NCBI RefSeq assembly: GCF_035760125.1
Contig: NZ_DASTTN010000028.1
Location: 1-52,652, forward strand
Source of the DNA: Flavobacterium sp.
Lineage (GTDB): Bacteria; Bacteroidota; Bacteroidia; Flavobacteriales; Flavobacteriaceae
Direction: 5' to 3'
DNA length: 52,652 nucleotides
Shown here: positions 29,901 through 43,306 of the stretch, piece after piece
Layout of the letters: every line of letters starts with the position of its first letter
How positions within the stretch are numbered: position 1 is the stretch's first letter
Notes under the pieces: generated by a model
The model's database searches: none
Told to the model about the DNA's origin: nothing
What the model saw: the letters and a program-made list of their open reading frames with translations, nothing else
Made by a program: the position numbers and the translations under genes

Positions 29901-30169
29901 ATCTATAATTTTAAATTATTTCTTTGATTTTGTTATAATTAAGAAAATAGAGACTATTTAAATATTAATTAATAGTTTTTTTCTTAAGTTTGCGGCCTAT
30001 GTTTTAATCGAATGATTAGTTTATTCGATTGAAAACTAAGATGCCACATTTGATTTAGGCTTTATCGCTTATTTTTCCCAAAAACATTTTATCCTTTTTT
30101 TAAACGAATCTAATTTTTGGATGCGTTGTGTTTTGCATGCAACGTATTCCAAATGTTTACAAAACAAGT

Positions 30170-33007
30170 ATGGGTAAATTTTGGTTAGGAATGCTTTTTT
30201 TATTGAAAATGTCTTTTTTATTTGCCCAAAAACCAACAGGAATTAAGGGAAAAATAATCGATGCTAAAACTCAAAAACCATTAGAAAATGTTGTGGTTAC
30301 GATTGCAAACACGCAGTTGATGCAACTCACTTCAAGTGATGGTGTTTTTAGTTTTTATGCTGTTGTAGCCGGAAATCAATTGATGCTTTTGCGCAGCCAA
30401 GGATTTAAGGATGTGATATTGCCAGTTGTGGTTACTAAGGACCAAATGTTGGATTTGGGAGCTATTCCATTAGAGGATAATCAAACTTCGGAGCAACAAA
30501 CGGGTATAATCACGCTACTCGAAAGTGATTTAAGTGATGACAACAGCGGCTCAGAAAGTACGTCGGGACTTTTGCAATCTTCCAGAGATGCTTTTCAGCA
30601 AGCTGCGGCTTTCAATTGGGGACAGGCCCGGTTTAGGATTCGGGGATTGGACAGCCAATATGCGACGACGATGATCAACGGTGTTACAATGAACAAACTG
30701 TTTGACGGAAGACCACAATGGGGGAATTGGGGAGGATTGAATAATGTGATTCGGAATCAGGAATTTACTGTGGGTTCTTTTCCTTCAGATTATGCTTTTG
30801 GGGGCATTTTGGGAACTCAGGAAATCAATACCCGAGCTTCGATTTACAAACCGGGAACGATTTTATCTTTTTCGCGGACCAATACTAATTATGATTGGCG
30901 AATGATGGGAACTTATGCTTCCGGAATGAATAATAAAGGTTGGGCATTTGTGGTTTCGGCAGGAACCCGATGGGCTGAGGAGAGCTATTTTGAAGGAACA
31001 AATTATAATGCAATTGCCGGTTTTATTAGTGTAGAAAAGAAAATAAATGAACGCAATTCACTGAATTTCTCCGGATTCTACACGCCTAATTCCAGAGCCA
31101 AAAATTCGCCAAATACTGCAGAAGTTACTGAATTAACAAGCTACAACTACAATTCGTATTGGGGTTGGCAAGATGGCAAAAAGCGAAACGCCAGAATAAA
31201 AACCATTGAGGAGCCTATCTTGATGCTGAACCATTTTTGTACTATCGATGATTATTCAACGCTGAATTCAAGTTTGACCTATCAATTTGGAAAAATCACA
31301 AACAGTAATATTGATTACCAAAACAGCAATAGCCCTGATCCAACTTATTATAGAAAGATGCCGAGCTATTACAGTTCGATGTATGCTCCTGATAATGGGG
31401 AGTTTTCAGGAGAATTTACTCCCGATTATGAGAATGCCGAGAAAAGCAAAGAACAGTTTTTAGAGAATAATCAAATTGATTGGAATGCGTTGTATTATGC
31501 GAATCAAACTCCAATTTTGGACACCAACGGGAGAATAACAGAATATATTCCAGCCAAAAGCAATTATGTTTTATATGAAGACCGAACGGACGACCAAACG
31601 ATAACAGCCAATTCTAACTTCAATACACAAATAAGCGATAATCTTTACTTGACTGCTGGAGGTTTTTACAGCCATTTAAAATCCCATAATTACCAACAAT
31701 TGACAGACTTATTGGGAGGTTTGTATTTTGACGATATTGATGTTTTTTATAATGGAAATCAGGCGCAATCAGATTTGAACCATCCCGACAGGCAAGTTGT
31801 GGAGGGAGATACTTATGGATACAACTTTAATTATGTTGCCAATACTTTAAACCTTTTTACCAACTTTAAATTTACTTACGACAAAGTCGATTTTTATTTG
31901 GCTCAAAATTTCATAAGCACAACTTATCAACGAGAAGGTTTGTTTCAAAATGGGATTTATCCAGCCAATTCTTTTGGAGAAAGTGAGAAAGTTCAATTTG
32001 AGAACTTTGGTTTCAAAGGCGGAATGCTTTTTAAAATTTCGGGGAAACAGCAGTTAAATTTTAATGGAGCTTATCTTTCTAATGCGCCCACAATTCGGAA
32101 TACATTTCCTAATTCCCGTTTGAACAATTCGGTTGTTGCTGGTTTAGAAAATGAAAACATAAGCAGTTTGGATGCGAGTTATTTTTATCGGACCCCAAAA
32201 TGGCAAACCCGTCTGACTCTTTTTTATGCCAAAATAAAAAACGTTACACAAACATCTTTCTTTTATGCCGAGGGAATATTTGATGATGGGGCAGGATATG
32301 CTAATACCGATGCTTTTGTGAGCCAGACCTTAACACATTTGGACAAGAAGAATGTAGGTGCGGAATTCAGCTTTCAATACCAATTAAGCCCAACGTTAAT
32401 GACTAGTTTTTCGGCAGCTTACGGTCAGTTTACTTTTGAAAGCAATCCAAATGTCACCATAACCAATGATGCTCAGGCTACTACTGAAAATCCCAATCCA
32501 GTATTCGATTTTGGAACTTCATCATTAAAAAATTACCATCAAGCTGGAATGCCACAACAGGCATTTGCTCTAGGGATCGAATATAGAGACCCCAAATATT
32601 GGTGGGTTGGTACCAATATTAATTATTTGGCTAATAGTTTTATAGATATTTCGCCAATCTCTAGAACGGCTACATTTTATAAAAATCCTGCAAGCGGTTT
32701 CAATTTTCCTGAAGCTTCAGAAGAAAGAGCTAGAGAGTTATTGAAGCAAGAAGAATTTGATCCTACTATTTTGCTAAACATTTCAGGAGGGAAATCCTGG
32801 AAAATAAAGGGAAAGAATGTTGGGCTTTTTGCAACTATAAATAATGTTCTGGATTTTAGCTATAAAACTGGAGGATATGAACAAGCCAGAAATGCAAATT
32901 TTAGGCAACTCAATCAAGATGTTTCGAGTGGAACACCCAATTTTGGCAACAAATATTTTTATGGTTACGGGAGAACGTATTTTGTAAACCTGTACATCAA
33001 TTTATAA
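30170..33007 (+). CDS. TonB-dependent receptor with N-terminal carboxypeptidase-regulatory-like domain
   Basis: Signal peptide from ATG 30170; FRIRG..MING..WGNWGGL plug; terminal GRTYFVNLYINL. Confidence 0.88.
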   Translation: MGKFWLGMLFLLKMSFLFAQKPTGIKGKIIDAKTQKPLENVVVTIANTQLMQLTSSDGVFSFYAVVAGNQLMLLRSQGFKDVILPVVVTKDQMLDLGAIPLEDNQTSEQQTGIITLLESDLSDDNSGSESTSGLLQSSRDAFQQAAAFNWGQARFRIRGLDSQYATTMINGVTMNKLFDGRPQWGNWGGLNNVIRNQEFTVGSFPSDYAFGGILGTQEINTRASIYKPGTILSFSRTNTNYDWRMMGTYASGMNNKGWAFVVSAGTRWAEESYFEGTNYNAIAGFISVEKKINERNSLNFSGFYTPNSRAKNSPNTAEVTELTSYNYNSYWGWQDGKKRNARIKTIEEPILMLNHFCTIDDYSTLNSSLTYQFGKITNSNIDYQNSNSPDPTYYRKMPSYYSSMYAPDNGEFSGEFTPDYENAEKSKEQFLENNQIDWNALYYANQTPILDTNGRITEYIPAKSNYVLYEDRTDDQTITANSNFNTQISDNLYLTAGGFYSHLKSHNYQQLTDLLGGLYFDDIDVFYNGNQAQSDLNHPDRQVVEGDTYGYNFNYVANTLNLFTNFKFTYDKVDFYLAQNFISTTYQREGLFQNGIYPANSFGESEKVQFENFGFKGGMLFKISGKQQLNFNGAYLSNAPTIRNTFPNSRLNNSVVAGLENENISSLDASYFYRTPKWQTRLTLFYAKIKNVTQTSFFYAEGIFDDGAGYANTDAFVSQTLTHLDKKNVGAEFSFQYQLSPTLMTSFSAAYGQFTFESNPNVTITNDAQATTENPNPVFDFGTSSLKNYHQAGMPQQAFALGIEYRDPKYWWVGTNINYLANSFIDISPISRTATFYKNPASGFNFPEASEERARELLKQEEFDPTILLNISGGKSWKIKGKNVGLFATINNVLDFSYKTGGYEQARNANFRQLNQDVSSGTPNFGNKYFYGYGRTYFVNLYINL

Positions 33008-33025
33008 ATTTTAAACAAAAGAAAA

Positions 33026-34375
33026 ATGAATTTAAAATTACATACTATTTTTTTAGCAGTTGCAATGACTTTTGGGAGCTGTGTAAAAGAAGAATTTGAT
33101 GTGCCAAAATTTACTTGCACTCAACCCGATTTGATAGTAAATCGAACCGTTGAAGAAGTGCGTGCCAGCACAAGTTCAATAGTCACACAATATACATACG
33201 ATGATATTATTGAAGCGTATGTGGTTTCCAGTGATGAGGGAGGGAATTTTTTCAAGACGATTTCGTTTCAAACTTTGGAGACAGCGACAACTCCGGCGAT
33301 GGGTTTTAGTATTCCGGTGGATGCTTCAAATACGTACATTGATTTTAGGCTGGGTAATAAAGTTTATATCAAATTGAAAAATCAATATACGGATATTTAC
33401 TTCGGCGGGATGCGAATTGGGAGCATCTATGTTAATACGTATAACGAAGGGGGTGTTGGTAGAATTTCTCCAAACGATTATAAAAATGTATTGAATGCTT
33501 CCTGCACAATGGTAAGTGAGGAGCTTCTGGTTAGGTCTATTTCTATTGCTGATTTGTTAAAAGATTCGAATATCAATACACTGGTGGAATTGTCGGAAGT
33601 TCAATTTACAAAAGATGCTATTGGACGCCATTATTATGAGGAATCCAATGATGTTGGTGGAGGAACCAATTGGAGTCTGATGGATAAATTAGGGAATCAA
33701 GTGCTGTTTCGTACGAGTAGTTTTGCCGATTTTGCTGATAAAATTGTTCCGGACGGAACTGGAAAAGTGCGAGGAGTTTTGACCAAGTTTGGTTCTGACT
33801 ATCAATTATTGGCACGTTCTGAAAAAGATGTGGCGCTTACAGGAACTGCTGCTGTTCCATTCTTTTCCGAAAACTTTCAAAGTGTCGAAACCAATACCAA
33901 ACTCAATCTTCCGGGCTGGTCAAATATGGTGCAAAAAGGAACAAAGTTTTGGCTTGGGACTATGTACGCAGGAAATGGATATGCGGAGTTTAATACAACA
34001 GGAACCAAAGTAGCATCAAATATAGCCTGGCTGATTTCTCCAAAAATTGATATGGATCTACATACCAATGAAATGCTTACTTTTAGAACGGCACAGCATC
34101 ATTTGGATGTGGATTCTCCTTTAAATTCGCTCGAAGTATATGTCTCTAATGATTTTGATGGCTTGAATATTGCCAAAGCCACTTGGGTTCCGCTCACAGT
34201 TGTATTGCCTAAACAAGCTACACCTTGGTACCAGTTTGTGGGTTCTGGCGGAGTGGATTTGTCAACCTATACAGGGAAAATAAACATTGCTTTCAAGTAC
34301 GTTGGCTCGGGTAAAAACCTTGCTTTGGACGGTGCTTTTCAAGTCGACGATGTTCAGATTTTCGGCGATAAATAA
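33026..34375 (+). CDS. DUF5689-type surface lipoprotein
   Basis: Lipobox TFGSC; YVVSSDEGGNFFKTI and RTSSFADFA motifs; WLISPKID C-terminal domain. Confidence 0.75.
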   Translation: MNLKLHTIFLAVAMTFGSCVKEEFDVPKFTCTQPDLIVNRTVEEVRASTSSIVTQYTYDDIIEAYVVSSDEGGNFFKTISFQTLETATTPAMGFSIPVDASNTYIDFRLGNKVYIKLKNQYTDIYFGGMRIGSIYVNTYNEGGVGRISPNDYKNVLNASCTMVSEELLVRSISIADLLKDSNINTLVELSEVQFTKDAIGRHYYEESNDVGGGTNWSLMDKLGNQVLFRTSSFADFADKIVPDGTGKVRGVLTKFGSDYQLLARSEKDVALTGTAAVPFFSENFQSVETNTKLNLPGWSNMVQKGTKFWLGTMYAGNGYAEFNTTGTKVASNIAWLISPKIDMDLHTNEMLTFRTAQHHLDVDSPLNSLEVYVSNDFDGLNIAKATWVPLTVVLPKQATPWYQFVGSGGVDLSTYTGKINIAFKYVGSGKNLALDGAFQVDDVQIFGDK

Positions 34376-34397
34376 AGAGTTTGGTTATAAAGCATAA

Positions 34398-34442
34398 AAA
34401 TTAAGGCTCATTAAGTTTTTGATTCTTAATGAGCCTTAATTT
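34398..34442. terminator. Bidirectional terminator between convergent genes
   Basis: AAATTAAGGCTCATTAAG / CTTAATGAGCCTTAATTT inverted repeat. Confidence 0.85.
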
Positions 34443-34482
34443 CTTAATGGTTATTTATTCTGTCAGGAATTCGAATAAATTA

Positions 34483-36603
<2,121 letters not shown>

Positions 36604-36889
36604 TTAATATAAATTAGAGATTGATTTTTTTGAATAACTTTTGACGAAATCGATTTATTAATTGTAAAAAGGATATATCGTTTTCGTGAAAGTAAAAGTA
36701 GATGCTTTACAGTTTAAAAAATTCAATTGTTTTAAAAAAGTAGATTGTAATTTCAAAAATACAATTTAAAATATTTATAATCAACAAGTTGTAAATATTT
36801 TAAATTAAAAAAAAGTGGTGGTAAAGTAAACAGAAATTTATGTCAAAAGTAAATTTGGCTTGATTTTATAAATAATTACATTTTCATTT

Positions 36890-36993
36890 GGGCGTGACCC
36901 TCCGTAAAAACTTCGGGTCGGGCTTTCCGTTCCCGCTTTTTTTTATCCCAAAAAAATGGGATAAAAAAAGAGCTCCACTTCAATCCCTCACGC
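36890..36993 (+). repeat. Palindromic intergenic repeat, type B
   Basis: GGGCGTGACCC..GGGTCGGGCTTTCCGTT[hairpin]CCACTTCAATCCCTCACGC. Confidence 0.85.
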
Positions 36994-37087
36994 GAACTAA
37001 TGCCAGCTAAGAAAATTGGTGGAAAACAAAACTATAAATTTTGAATAAAGATGTAAATGCAATTTATGCAAATTCCAGAAGAAGAAT

Positions 37088-38734
37088 TTATTTATTTCCA
37101 GTTCCAATTTGTATCACTTTTTCTTCAAATTCATCTCTAGGTCCAGCCGATTTGTTTTTGAGTTGCGAACGATAATTGTAAATAGTGGAAATGGAATATC
37201 TGAGGAATACAGCAATTTTGGCACTGTCTTTTATTCCCAAACGAATGAGAGCGAAAATCCTTAATTCAGTATTGAGTTGTTCGCCTTCTTTTGGCTGAAT
37301 GACATCTGCCGGGATTAATAAAGCATTAAAATCATGAATAAAATTAGGGAAGAGTTGTAAAAAGGTTTTGTCAAAATTTGCATAAAATTCCTTTAACTCA
37401 TTTTCAATATATTCTTTTGATTTTACTGCGCTTACCAAATCATTCAGTTTTCCCGTAGTTGCCAATACATTTAGTTTCCGTTGGTATTCATCCAGTTTTC
37501 CTAAATAATCAGAACATTGGTCCATGTAGCGACCAATATATATTTCTTTTAAAAAATTGGCTTCCGTCAAAGTGTTATTGGACAGATTAAGTTTTTCATT
37601 GAAAGTGTTTAATTCAGAATTCAATTCAGAAAGTTTATTATTAGCCAAGCTTAAATCGCTCTTTGCTTTAGATAATTTTTTCATTTGTCTAATGAGTAAA
37701 AACAAAAGGGCAAGTAATATGAGCACTAGAAAACTGGCACTAATTAAAAACGCGACCAATTGAAATCTGTTAGTTTCGTTTTGTTGCTGATATGATTCGC
37801 TGATAATGGGAAGCATCTTTGATATTTCATAAGTCCGTAAGCGGGCATTACACACAACAGCATCGTCTAGAGAACGTTTTATATAAGTGTAAGCTCTATC
37901 AATATCACCATCTTCATAAAGTAGAAAGGCCAATGATCGAAGCGAAATATATTCTTTTTTGGCTAACTGTAAATCGGATAAAGCCGAAATACTTAGCCAT
38001 TTTTTTTCCTGATTTCTATCTTTTTTCTGTTTGTAGGCTTGTGAAAGGATATAAGATATTATAGCCCGATTAGGATCATTTTGTTGAATTTTTGGAAAGA
38101 AAGGAAGTAATAAGTCAAGAGTTTCTTCGGGTTTTTTATTATCTAAATACCAATCGGCTTTTGCAATAATAAATGGATTGGAATTGTGGGGGTAAAAATT
38201 CACACAGGAATCTCGGTATTTTTTTGAAAGCAAAAGATATTTTTCTTTTTCTTGTTGAGAAGAAGCATTGTCGGCCATTTGACCATAAATTACTCTACTA
38301 ACACCATAAAAAGAACCTTTTAAGTTGAGGGTAGATGTAATAGTAATGGCATTCAGTACATCGATTCCTTCTTTGTACATGCCTAATGTTCCCATAATGG
38401 AAACGAGATTAAATTTTGCCTGATTTAATCTTTCAGGATTATTCAGATTTTCCGCTATTTGGAAATTCTTTCGGGCATAAACCAAAGCCGAATCGGATTG
38501 ATACGATTGGTAATCATTATACAGTTTTTGCGTAATCTTATATTTTTGCTCAGGATCAATGTTGTGTTTTAATTGCGCTTTAAGTTGGGCAATTCCGTGT
38601 TCTTTCTTTTGTGTATAATAGGAATTGTTTTCAATAGTTTTGTCTATTTCAAGCAATAGATTATTTGAATTATTTTGAGCAAATAAAGGAAATGATAGAA
38701 GTGAAATAATAAGAAACAGTGAAAAGCGATTCAT
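37088..38734 (-). CDS. SusR-like transmembrane transcriptional regulator (DUF6377)
   Basis: Signal peptide, TPR-like periplasmic part, one TM helix, FDKTFLQLFP and ELRIFALIRLGI..IAVFLRYSISTIYNYR. Confidence 0.87.
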   Translation of the reverse strand: MNRFSLFLIISLLSFPLFAQNNSNNLLLEIDKTIENNSYYTQKKEHGIAQLKAQLKHNIDPEQKYKITQKLYNDYQSYQSDSALVYARKNFQIAENLNNPERLNQAKFNLVSIMGTLGMYKEGIDVLNAITITSTLNLKGSFYGVSRVIYGQMADNASSQQEKEKYLLLSKKYRDSCVNFYPHNSNPFIIAKADWYLDNKKPEETLDLLLPFFPKIQQNDPNRAIISYILSQAYKQKKDRNQEKKWLSISALSDLQLAKKEYISLRSLAFLLYEDGDIDRAYTYIKRSLDDAVVCNARLRTYEISKMLPIISESYQQQNETNRFQLVAFLISASFLVLILLALLFLLIRQMKKLSKAKSDLSLANNKLSELNSELNTFNEKLNLSNNTLTEANFLKEIYIGRYMDQCSDYLGKLDEYQRKLNVLATTGKLNDLVSAVKSKEYIENELKEFYANFDKTFLQLFPNFIHDFNALLIPADVIQPKEGEQLNTELRIFALIRLGIKDSAKIAVFLRYSISTIYNYRSQLKNKSAGPRDEFEEKVIQIGTGNK

Positions 38735-38780
38735 TAAGGTTGGATTTGTTTCCTGTAAAAATAATTAAAAATTTAAATAA

Positions 38781-38818
38781 AAAACCGTCTTGAATCTTTA
38801 AGGATACAAGACGGTTTT
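38781..38818 (-). terminator. pyk terminator
   Basis: AAAACCGTCTTG...CAAGACGGTTTT. Confidence 0.8.
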
Positions 38819-38838
38819 ATATTTTGATACACTAAAAG

Positions 38839-40269
38839 TTATTCTATTTCAGAAACTCTTAAGGTGTTTACCATTCCCTTTTCCGAAATAGGCATAGCAG
38901 CTAAGTTAATTAAGAAATCACCTTTTTTCACATATCCTTTTTCTTTCACGATGTTATTCACATCTGTAACAGTATCATCAGTACTAACTGATTTTTCGTA
39001 ATAAAATGATTTTACTCCCCATAATAAATTAAGTTGAGTTAAAATTCTTTTATTAGAAGTAAAAACCAAAACGTGAGCAGAAGGTCTCCATGCTGAAATT
39101 TGGAATGCAGTATAACCACTATTAGTTAAAGTACAAATTGCTTTTGCTTTGATAGCATTGGCCATAATAGCTGCATGTTGACAAATTGTTTTAGTGATAA
39201 AACGGTTTGTTCTTACTTGTGGAGAGTTTTGAGGAACTTGGATAAGTGGAGAATCTTCAACAGCTTCAATGATTTGAGTCATTTTTTGAATCACTTGTAC
39301 GGGATAATTTCCAGTAGCAGTTTCTCCAGAAAGCATTACTGCATCTGCACCATCCATCACAGAGTTCGCAACGTCATTTACTTCAGCACGAGTTGGAGTC
39401 AAACTGGTAATCATCGTTTCCATCATTTGAGTCGCAACAATAACTGGAATTCTAGCTGTTTTAGCTCTGCGAATTAATTCTTTTTGTACTAATGGCACTT
39501 CATGAGCAGGAAGTTCAACTCCTAAATCTCCTCTGGCTACCATTAAAGCATCACAATAAGCAACAATTCTATCCATGTTTTCTAATGCTTCTGGCATTTC
39601 GATTTTGGCTATAATTGGAATTTTATGTTCGGAATGTTTTGCAATCAACTCTTGTAAATCTTGTAAATCTCTTGGTGTTTTTACAAATGAAAGAGCAATC
39701 CAGTCTAGTTTTTGCTCAATTGCAAAAATAGCATCTGCAACGTCTTTCTCGGTCATTGCAGGTAATGAAATTTTTGTATTTGGTAAATTTACCCCTTTCT
39801 TTGATTTCAATTCACCACCTTGAATAACACGCGCTACAACTTCTGTTTTTTTATCGGTTTCAACGATTTCAAAAATTAATTTTCCATCGTCAAGTAATAT
39901 TCTTTCTCCAGGATTTACGTCATTAGGGAAGTTTTGGTATTTCATGAATACTTTCTTTGAAGTACCAATTATATCTTCTGCAGTTGTAAAAGTGATTAAA
40001 TCACCGTCATTTACAACAACTCCGTCTTCCATTACTCCAACACGTAGTTTAGGCCCTTGTAAATCTCCTAGAATCCCGGTAGTATATCCAAATTCTTCGT
40101 TTATACCGCGAATAATGCTTATCTTATTTTTTACGTCTTCGTAATCAGCATGGGAAAAATTTACTCTAAATACATTTACACCTGCTTCAATCATGTCTTT
40201 TATGATTTCTCGTGTGCTACATGCAGGCCCAAGTGTGGCTACAATTTTGGTCTTTTTGTTAGTATGCAT
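38839..40269 (-). CDS. pyk: Pyruvate kinase
   Basis: TKIVATLGPA, RVNFSH, DLQGPK, MVARGDLGVE, DAVMLSGET. Confidence 0.98.
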   Translation of the reverse strand: MHTNKKTKIVATLGPACSTREIIKDMIEAGVNVFRVNFSHADYEDVKNKISIIRGINEEFGYTTGILGDLQGPKLRVGVMEDGVVVNDGDLITFTTAEDIIGTSKKVFMKYQNFPNDVNPGERILLDDGKLIFEIVETDKKTEVVARVIQGGELKSKKGVNLPNTKISLPAMTEKDVADAIFAIEQKLDWIALSFVKTPRDLQDLQELIAKHSEHKIPIIAKIEMPEALENMDRIVAYCDALMVARGDLGVELPAHEVPLVQKELIRRAKTARIPVIVATQMMETMITSLTPTRAEVNDVANSVMDGADAVMLSGETATGNYPVQVIQKMTQIIEAVEDSPLIQVPQNSPQVRTNRFITKTICQHAAIMANAIKAKAICTLTNSGYTAFQISAWRPSAHVLVFTSNKRILTQLNLLWGVKSFYYEKSVSTDDTVTDVNNIVKEKGYVKKGDFLINLAAMPISEKGMVNTLRVSEIE

Positions 40270-40274
40270 TTGTA

Positions 40275-40763
40275 TTAAAAAATTAAATTGTTTTTAGATT
40301 TTATTTTATTTGTGTCAACAATATATATCGTTGCTATATTGTCTATTGTATTCAATTCATTCTGTATTTTTAAAAGATTCAAATTCTCATCGCTATTTTC
40401 TATTTTTAAAAAGTAATCTACTTTTTTAAATTCAGGAAGCATATACACTTTTGTGGCAACTTCTAAATTTACATTCGAAAATAAACTCTGATTTTCTTCT
40501 TTTTGTTGTTGAATGACTTCGTTTTTATTCTGTATCAAATCCCAAGAAATCTCTTTTTTCTTTTCATAATAATGAAATCTAGAAAAATGAGCTTCTCCTT
40601 CCTTAACTGTAATTTGAATTTCTTTTATAGATTTATTCAGATTAACATGAAGTTTTTGATTGATAAAATAAGCCAATCGGTAATCTTCTAATGAAGTATG
40701 AATAGCAATAAGACTATAATCTATTTCGTCAAATTCGCCAAAATCCAGTTTATGAATTGCCAT
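40275..40763 (-). CDS. IPExxxVDY family protein
   Basis: LPEFKKVDY motif; usual position between rnc and pyk in Bacteroidota. Confidence 0.85.
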   Translation of the reverse strand: MAIHKLDFGEFDEIDYSLIAIHTSLEDYRLAYFINQKLHVNLNKSIKEIQITVKEGEAHFSRFHYYEKKKEISWDLIQNKNEVIQQQKEENQSLFSNVNLEVATKVYMLPEFKKVDYFLKIENSDENLNLLKIQNELNTIDNIATIYIVDTNKIKSKNNLIF

Positions 40764-40877
40764 TTCATTAAAAAATAAGATGTAAATATAGTATTTCTAT
40801 TGTAGCAAAAGGTTGCTTGGTGGCTATGATTTTGATATTTTATTAACGAAAACGATGTAGTATTGATAGTAGAATAG

Positions 40878-41618
40878 TTATTTTCTGTCAATTTTCTCTT
40901 GAAATGCAAAGTAAGCGCGTTGAGATGCTTTTTCTTCTGCTTTCTTTTTAGAAGTAGCTCTGGCTTTTGCAATTACTTTGTCATCAATACTAAGTTTTAC
41001 ACCAAATAAACGTTGGCCATCAATAGCATTGTCTTCAAAGATGTCATAGTGAAATTGTTTTTTCTCTTTTTGACACCATTCGATAACAAGGCTTTTGTAG
41101 CTGATTACTTTTCCTTCTAGTCGCGCAATGTCAACATAAGGAATGATTACTCTCTTTTGAATGAATTTTTCGCAATATTCATAACCTTTGTCTAAGTAGA
41201 TGGCTCCAATCAAAGATTCGAATATATTACCATGTATGTTTTCTCCAAAATGATGAACAGGTACTTTGCTTTCTACAAATTGGATTAAATTTAAATCTTT
41301 GCCTAATTCATTTAAATGTTCTCTGCTAACTATTTTAGAGCGCATTTTTGTTAAATAACCTTCGTCTCCAAGTGGAGCTTCTTTAAATAAATAAGCAGCA
41401 ATTACGGAACTTAGCATTGCATCTCCTAAAAATTCAAGTCTTTCGTAATTGATTGGGTTTCCTTTTAAGTCGATACGATTGGATGAGCGATGTGTAAATG
41501 CTTTTTTGTAACATTCTAAGGTTACAGGGTCGAAGCCCAGTATAGGTTGAATAGCATCAAAAAAAATCCCGTCTTCTAGAGAACGGGATTTTGAGAATAT
41601 TTTTTTAAGTATACGCAT
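40878..41618 (-). CDS. rnc: Ribonuclease III
   Basis: NYERLEFLGDA signature and C-terminal dsRBD. Confidence 0.97.
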   Translation of the reverse strand: MRILKKIFSKSRSLEDGIFFDAIQPILGFDPVTLECYKKAFTHRSSNRIDLKGNPINYERLEFLGDAMLSSVIAAYLFKEAPLGDEGYLTKMRSKIVSREHLNELGKDLNLIQFVESKVPVHHFGENIHGNIFESLIGAIYLDKGYEYCEKFIQKRVIIPYVDIARLEGKVISYKSLVIEWCQKEKKQFHYDIFEDNAIDGQRLFGVKLSIDDKVIAKARATSKKKAEEKASQRAYFAFQEKIDRK

Positions 41619-42878
41619 TTATGCTTTGTAATCTAATTTTTTTACCAAAACGCAAGCATTGTGGCCGCCAAAACCAAATGTATTACTCATAACAACGTTC
41701 ATTTCTCTTTTTTGAGCAACGTTAAAAGTAAAGTTTAATTTTGGGTCAATATTTTCATCATCCGTAAAATGATTGATTGTTGGAGGAACAATGCCATGTT
41801 TTAATGAAAGAATACAAGATATAGCTTCAATAGCTCCAGTAGCACCAAGTAAGTGACCAGTCATTGATTTTGTTGAATTCAAATTCATTGTGTAAGCGTG
41901 CTCGCCAAAAACGTGTAGAATTGCTTTAGATTCTCCAATATCACCAAGAGGAGTTGAAGTTCCATGCATATTTACACCGTCTACATCAGTTGGTTCTAAA
42001 CCAGCATCTCTCAAGCAGTTTAACATTACATTTTTAGCCCCTAATCCTTCAGGATGTGGTGCAGTTATGTGATAAGCATCTGCAGACATTCCGCCTCCGC
42101 CAATTTCACAGTAAATTTTTGCTCCACGTGCAACAGCGTGTTCGTATTCTTCTAGAATTAATGCTCCGGCACCTTCACCTAACACAAATCCATCTCTGTC
42201 TTTGTCCATCGGTCTAGAAGCTGTTTTTGGATCGTCATTTCTGGTTGATAAGGCATGCATAGCATTAAAACCTCCCATTCCAGCAATTGTTACAGCTGCT
42301 TCTGAACCACCGGTTACTATTGCATCTGCATGACCTAGTCTAATGTAATTGAAAGCGTCAATGATTGCGTTTGTTGATGATGCACAAGCTGAAACCGTTG
42401 TAAAATTTGGGCCTCTAAGTCCATATTTCATTGAAATTAGACCACCTGCAATATCTGCAATCATCTTTGGTATGAAGAAAGGATTAAACTTTGGAGTACC
42501 ATCTCCGGCGGCAAAATTAAGAACCTCTATTTGAAAAGTTTCTAATCCTCCAATTCCTGAACCCCAAATAACACCTACTCTGTCTTTATTTATTTTGTCA
42601 AAATCGAAACCGGCATCTTTTACAGCTTCTTCTGATGCAACCATCGCGTATTGCGCGTAACGGTCCATTTTTCTTGCCTCTTTTCTGTCTATAAAGTCTT
42701 CAACATTGAAGTTCTTTACTTCACAGGCAAACTGTGTTCTAAACTTTGAAGCATCGAAATAGGTTATTGGAGCTGCTCCGCTAACACCATTGATTAGACC
42801 ATTCCAAAATTCCTCAATATTGTTACCAATGGGAGTAAGAGCACCAAGGCCTGTTACAACAACTCTTCTTAAAACCAT
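41619..42878 (-). CDS. fabF: 3-oxoacyl-ACP synthase II
   Basis: Start at MVLRRVVVTG; SACAS, MHGTST, KSMTGHLLG, SNTFGFGGHN. Confidence 0.97.
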   Translation of the reverse strand: MVLRRVVVTGLGALTPIGNNIEEFWNGLINGVSGAAPITYFDASKFRTQFACEVKNFNVEDFIDRKEARKMDRYAQYAMVASEEAVKDAGFDFDKINKDRVGVIWGSGIGGLETFQIEVLNFAAGDGTPKFNPFFIPKMIADIAGGLISMKYGLRGPNFTTVSACASSTNAIIDAFNYIRLGHADAIVTGGSEAAVTIAGMGGFNAMHALSTRNDDPKTASRPMDKDRDGFVLGEGAGALILEEYEHAVARGAKIYCEIGGGGMSADAYHITAPHPEGLGAKNVMLNCLRDAGLEPTDVDGVNMHGTSTPLGDIGESKAILHVFGEHAYTMNLNSTKSMTGHLLGATGAIEAISCILSLKHGIVPPTINHFTDDENIDPKLNFTFNVAQKREMNVVMSNTFGFGGHNACVLVKKLDYKA

Positions 42879-43069
42879 AACGTTTTTATTTTTGTTATCT
42901 TTTAACAAATAAAGCCCATGCTTTCTATACTATAAGAAGTAACTAAAAGAGACATGGGTATTATAATGCAAATATAATTTGATTGAAGTTCAATCGAAAA
43001 ATTAATTTAATCAAATAATAACACCCGATTCTTAAATTTTTAAAACTTTAGAAATCGGGTGTGTCATTA

Positions 43070-43306
43070 TTATTTTTTAGCTTCCTCGATGTAAGAGATA
43101 GCTTGACCTACAGTAGCGATGTTTTCTGCTTGATCGTCTGGAATTTGGATATCAAATTCTTTTTCGAATTCCATAATAAGCTCAACAGTGTCTAATGAGT
43201 CAGCTCCCAAATCATTAGTGAAGCTTGCTTCTGTTACAACTTCGTTTTCGTCAACACCTAATTTGTCTACGATAATCGCTTTTACTCTTGATGCAATGTC
43301 TGACAT
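43070..43306 (-). CDS. acpP: Acyl carrier protein
   Basis: [11 protein letters not shown]; downstream hairpin at 43021-43062. Confidence 0.98.
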   Translation of the reverse strand: MSDIASRVKAIIVDKLGVDENEVVTEASFTNDLGADSLDTVELIMEFEKEFDIQIPDDQAENIATVGQAISYIEEAKK

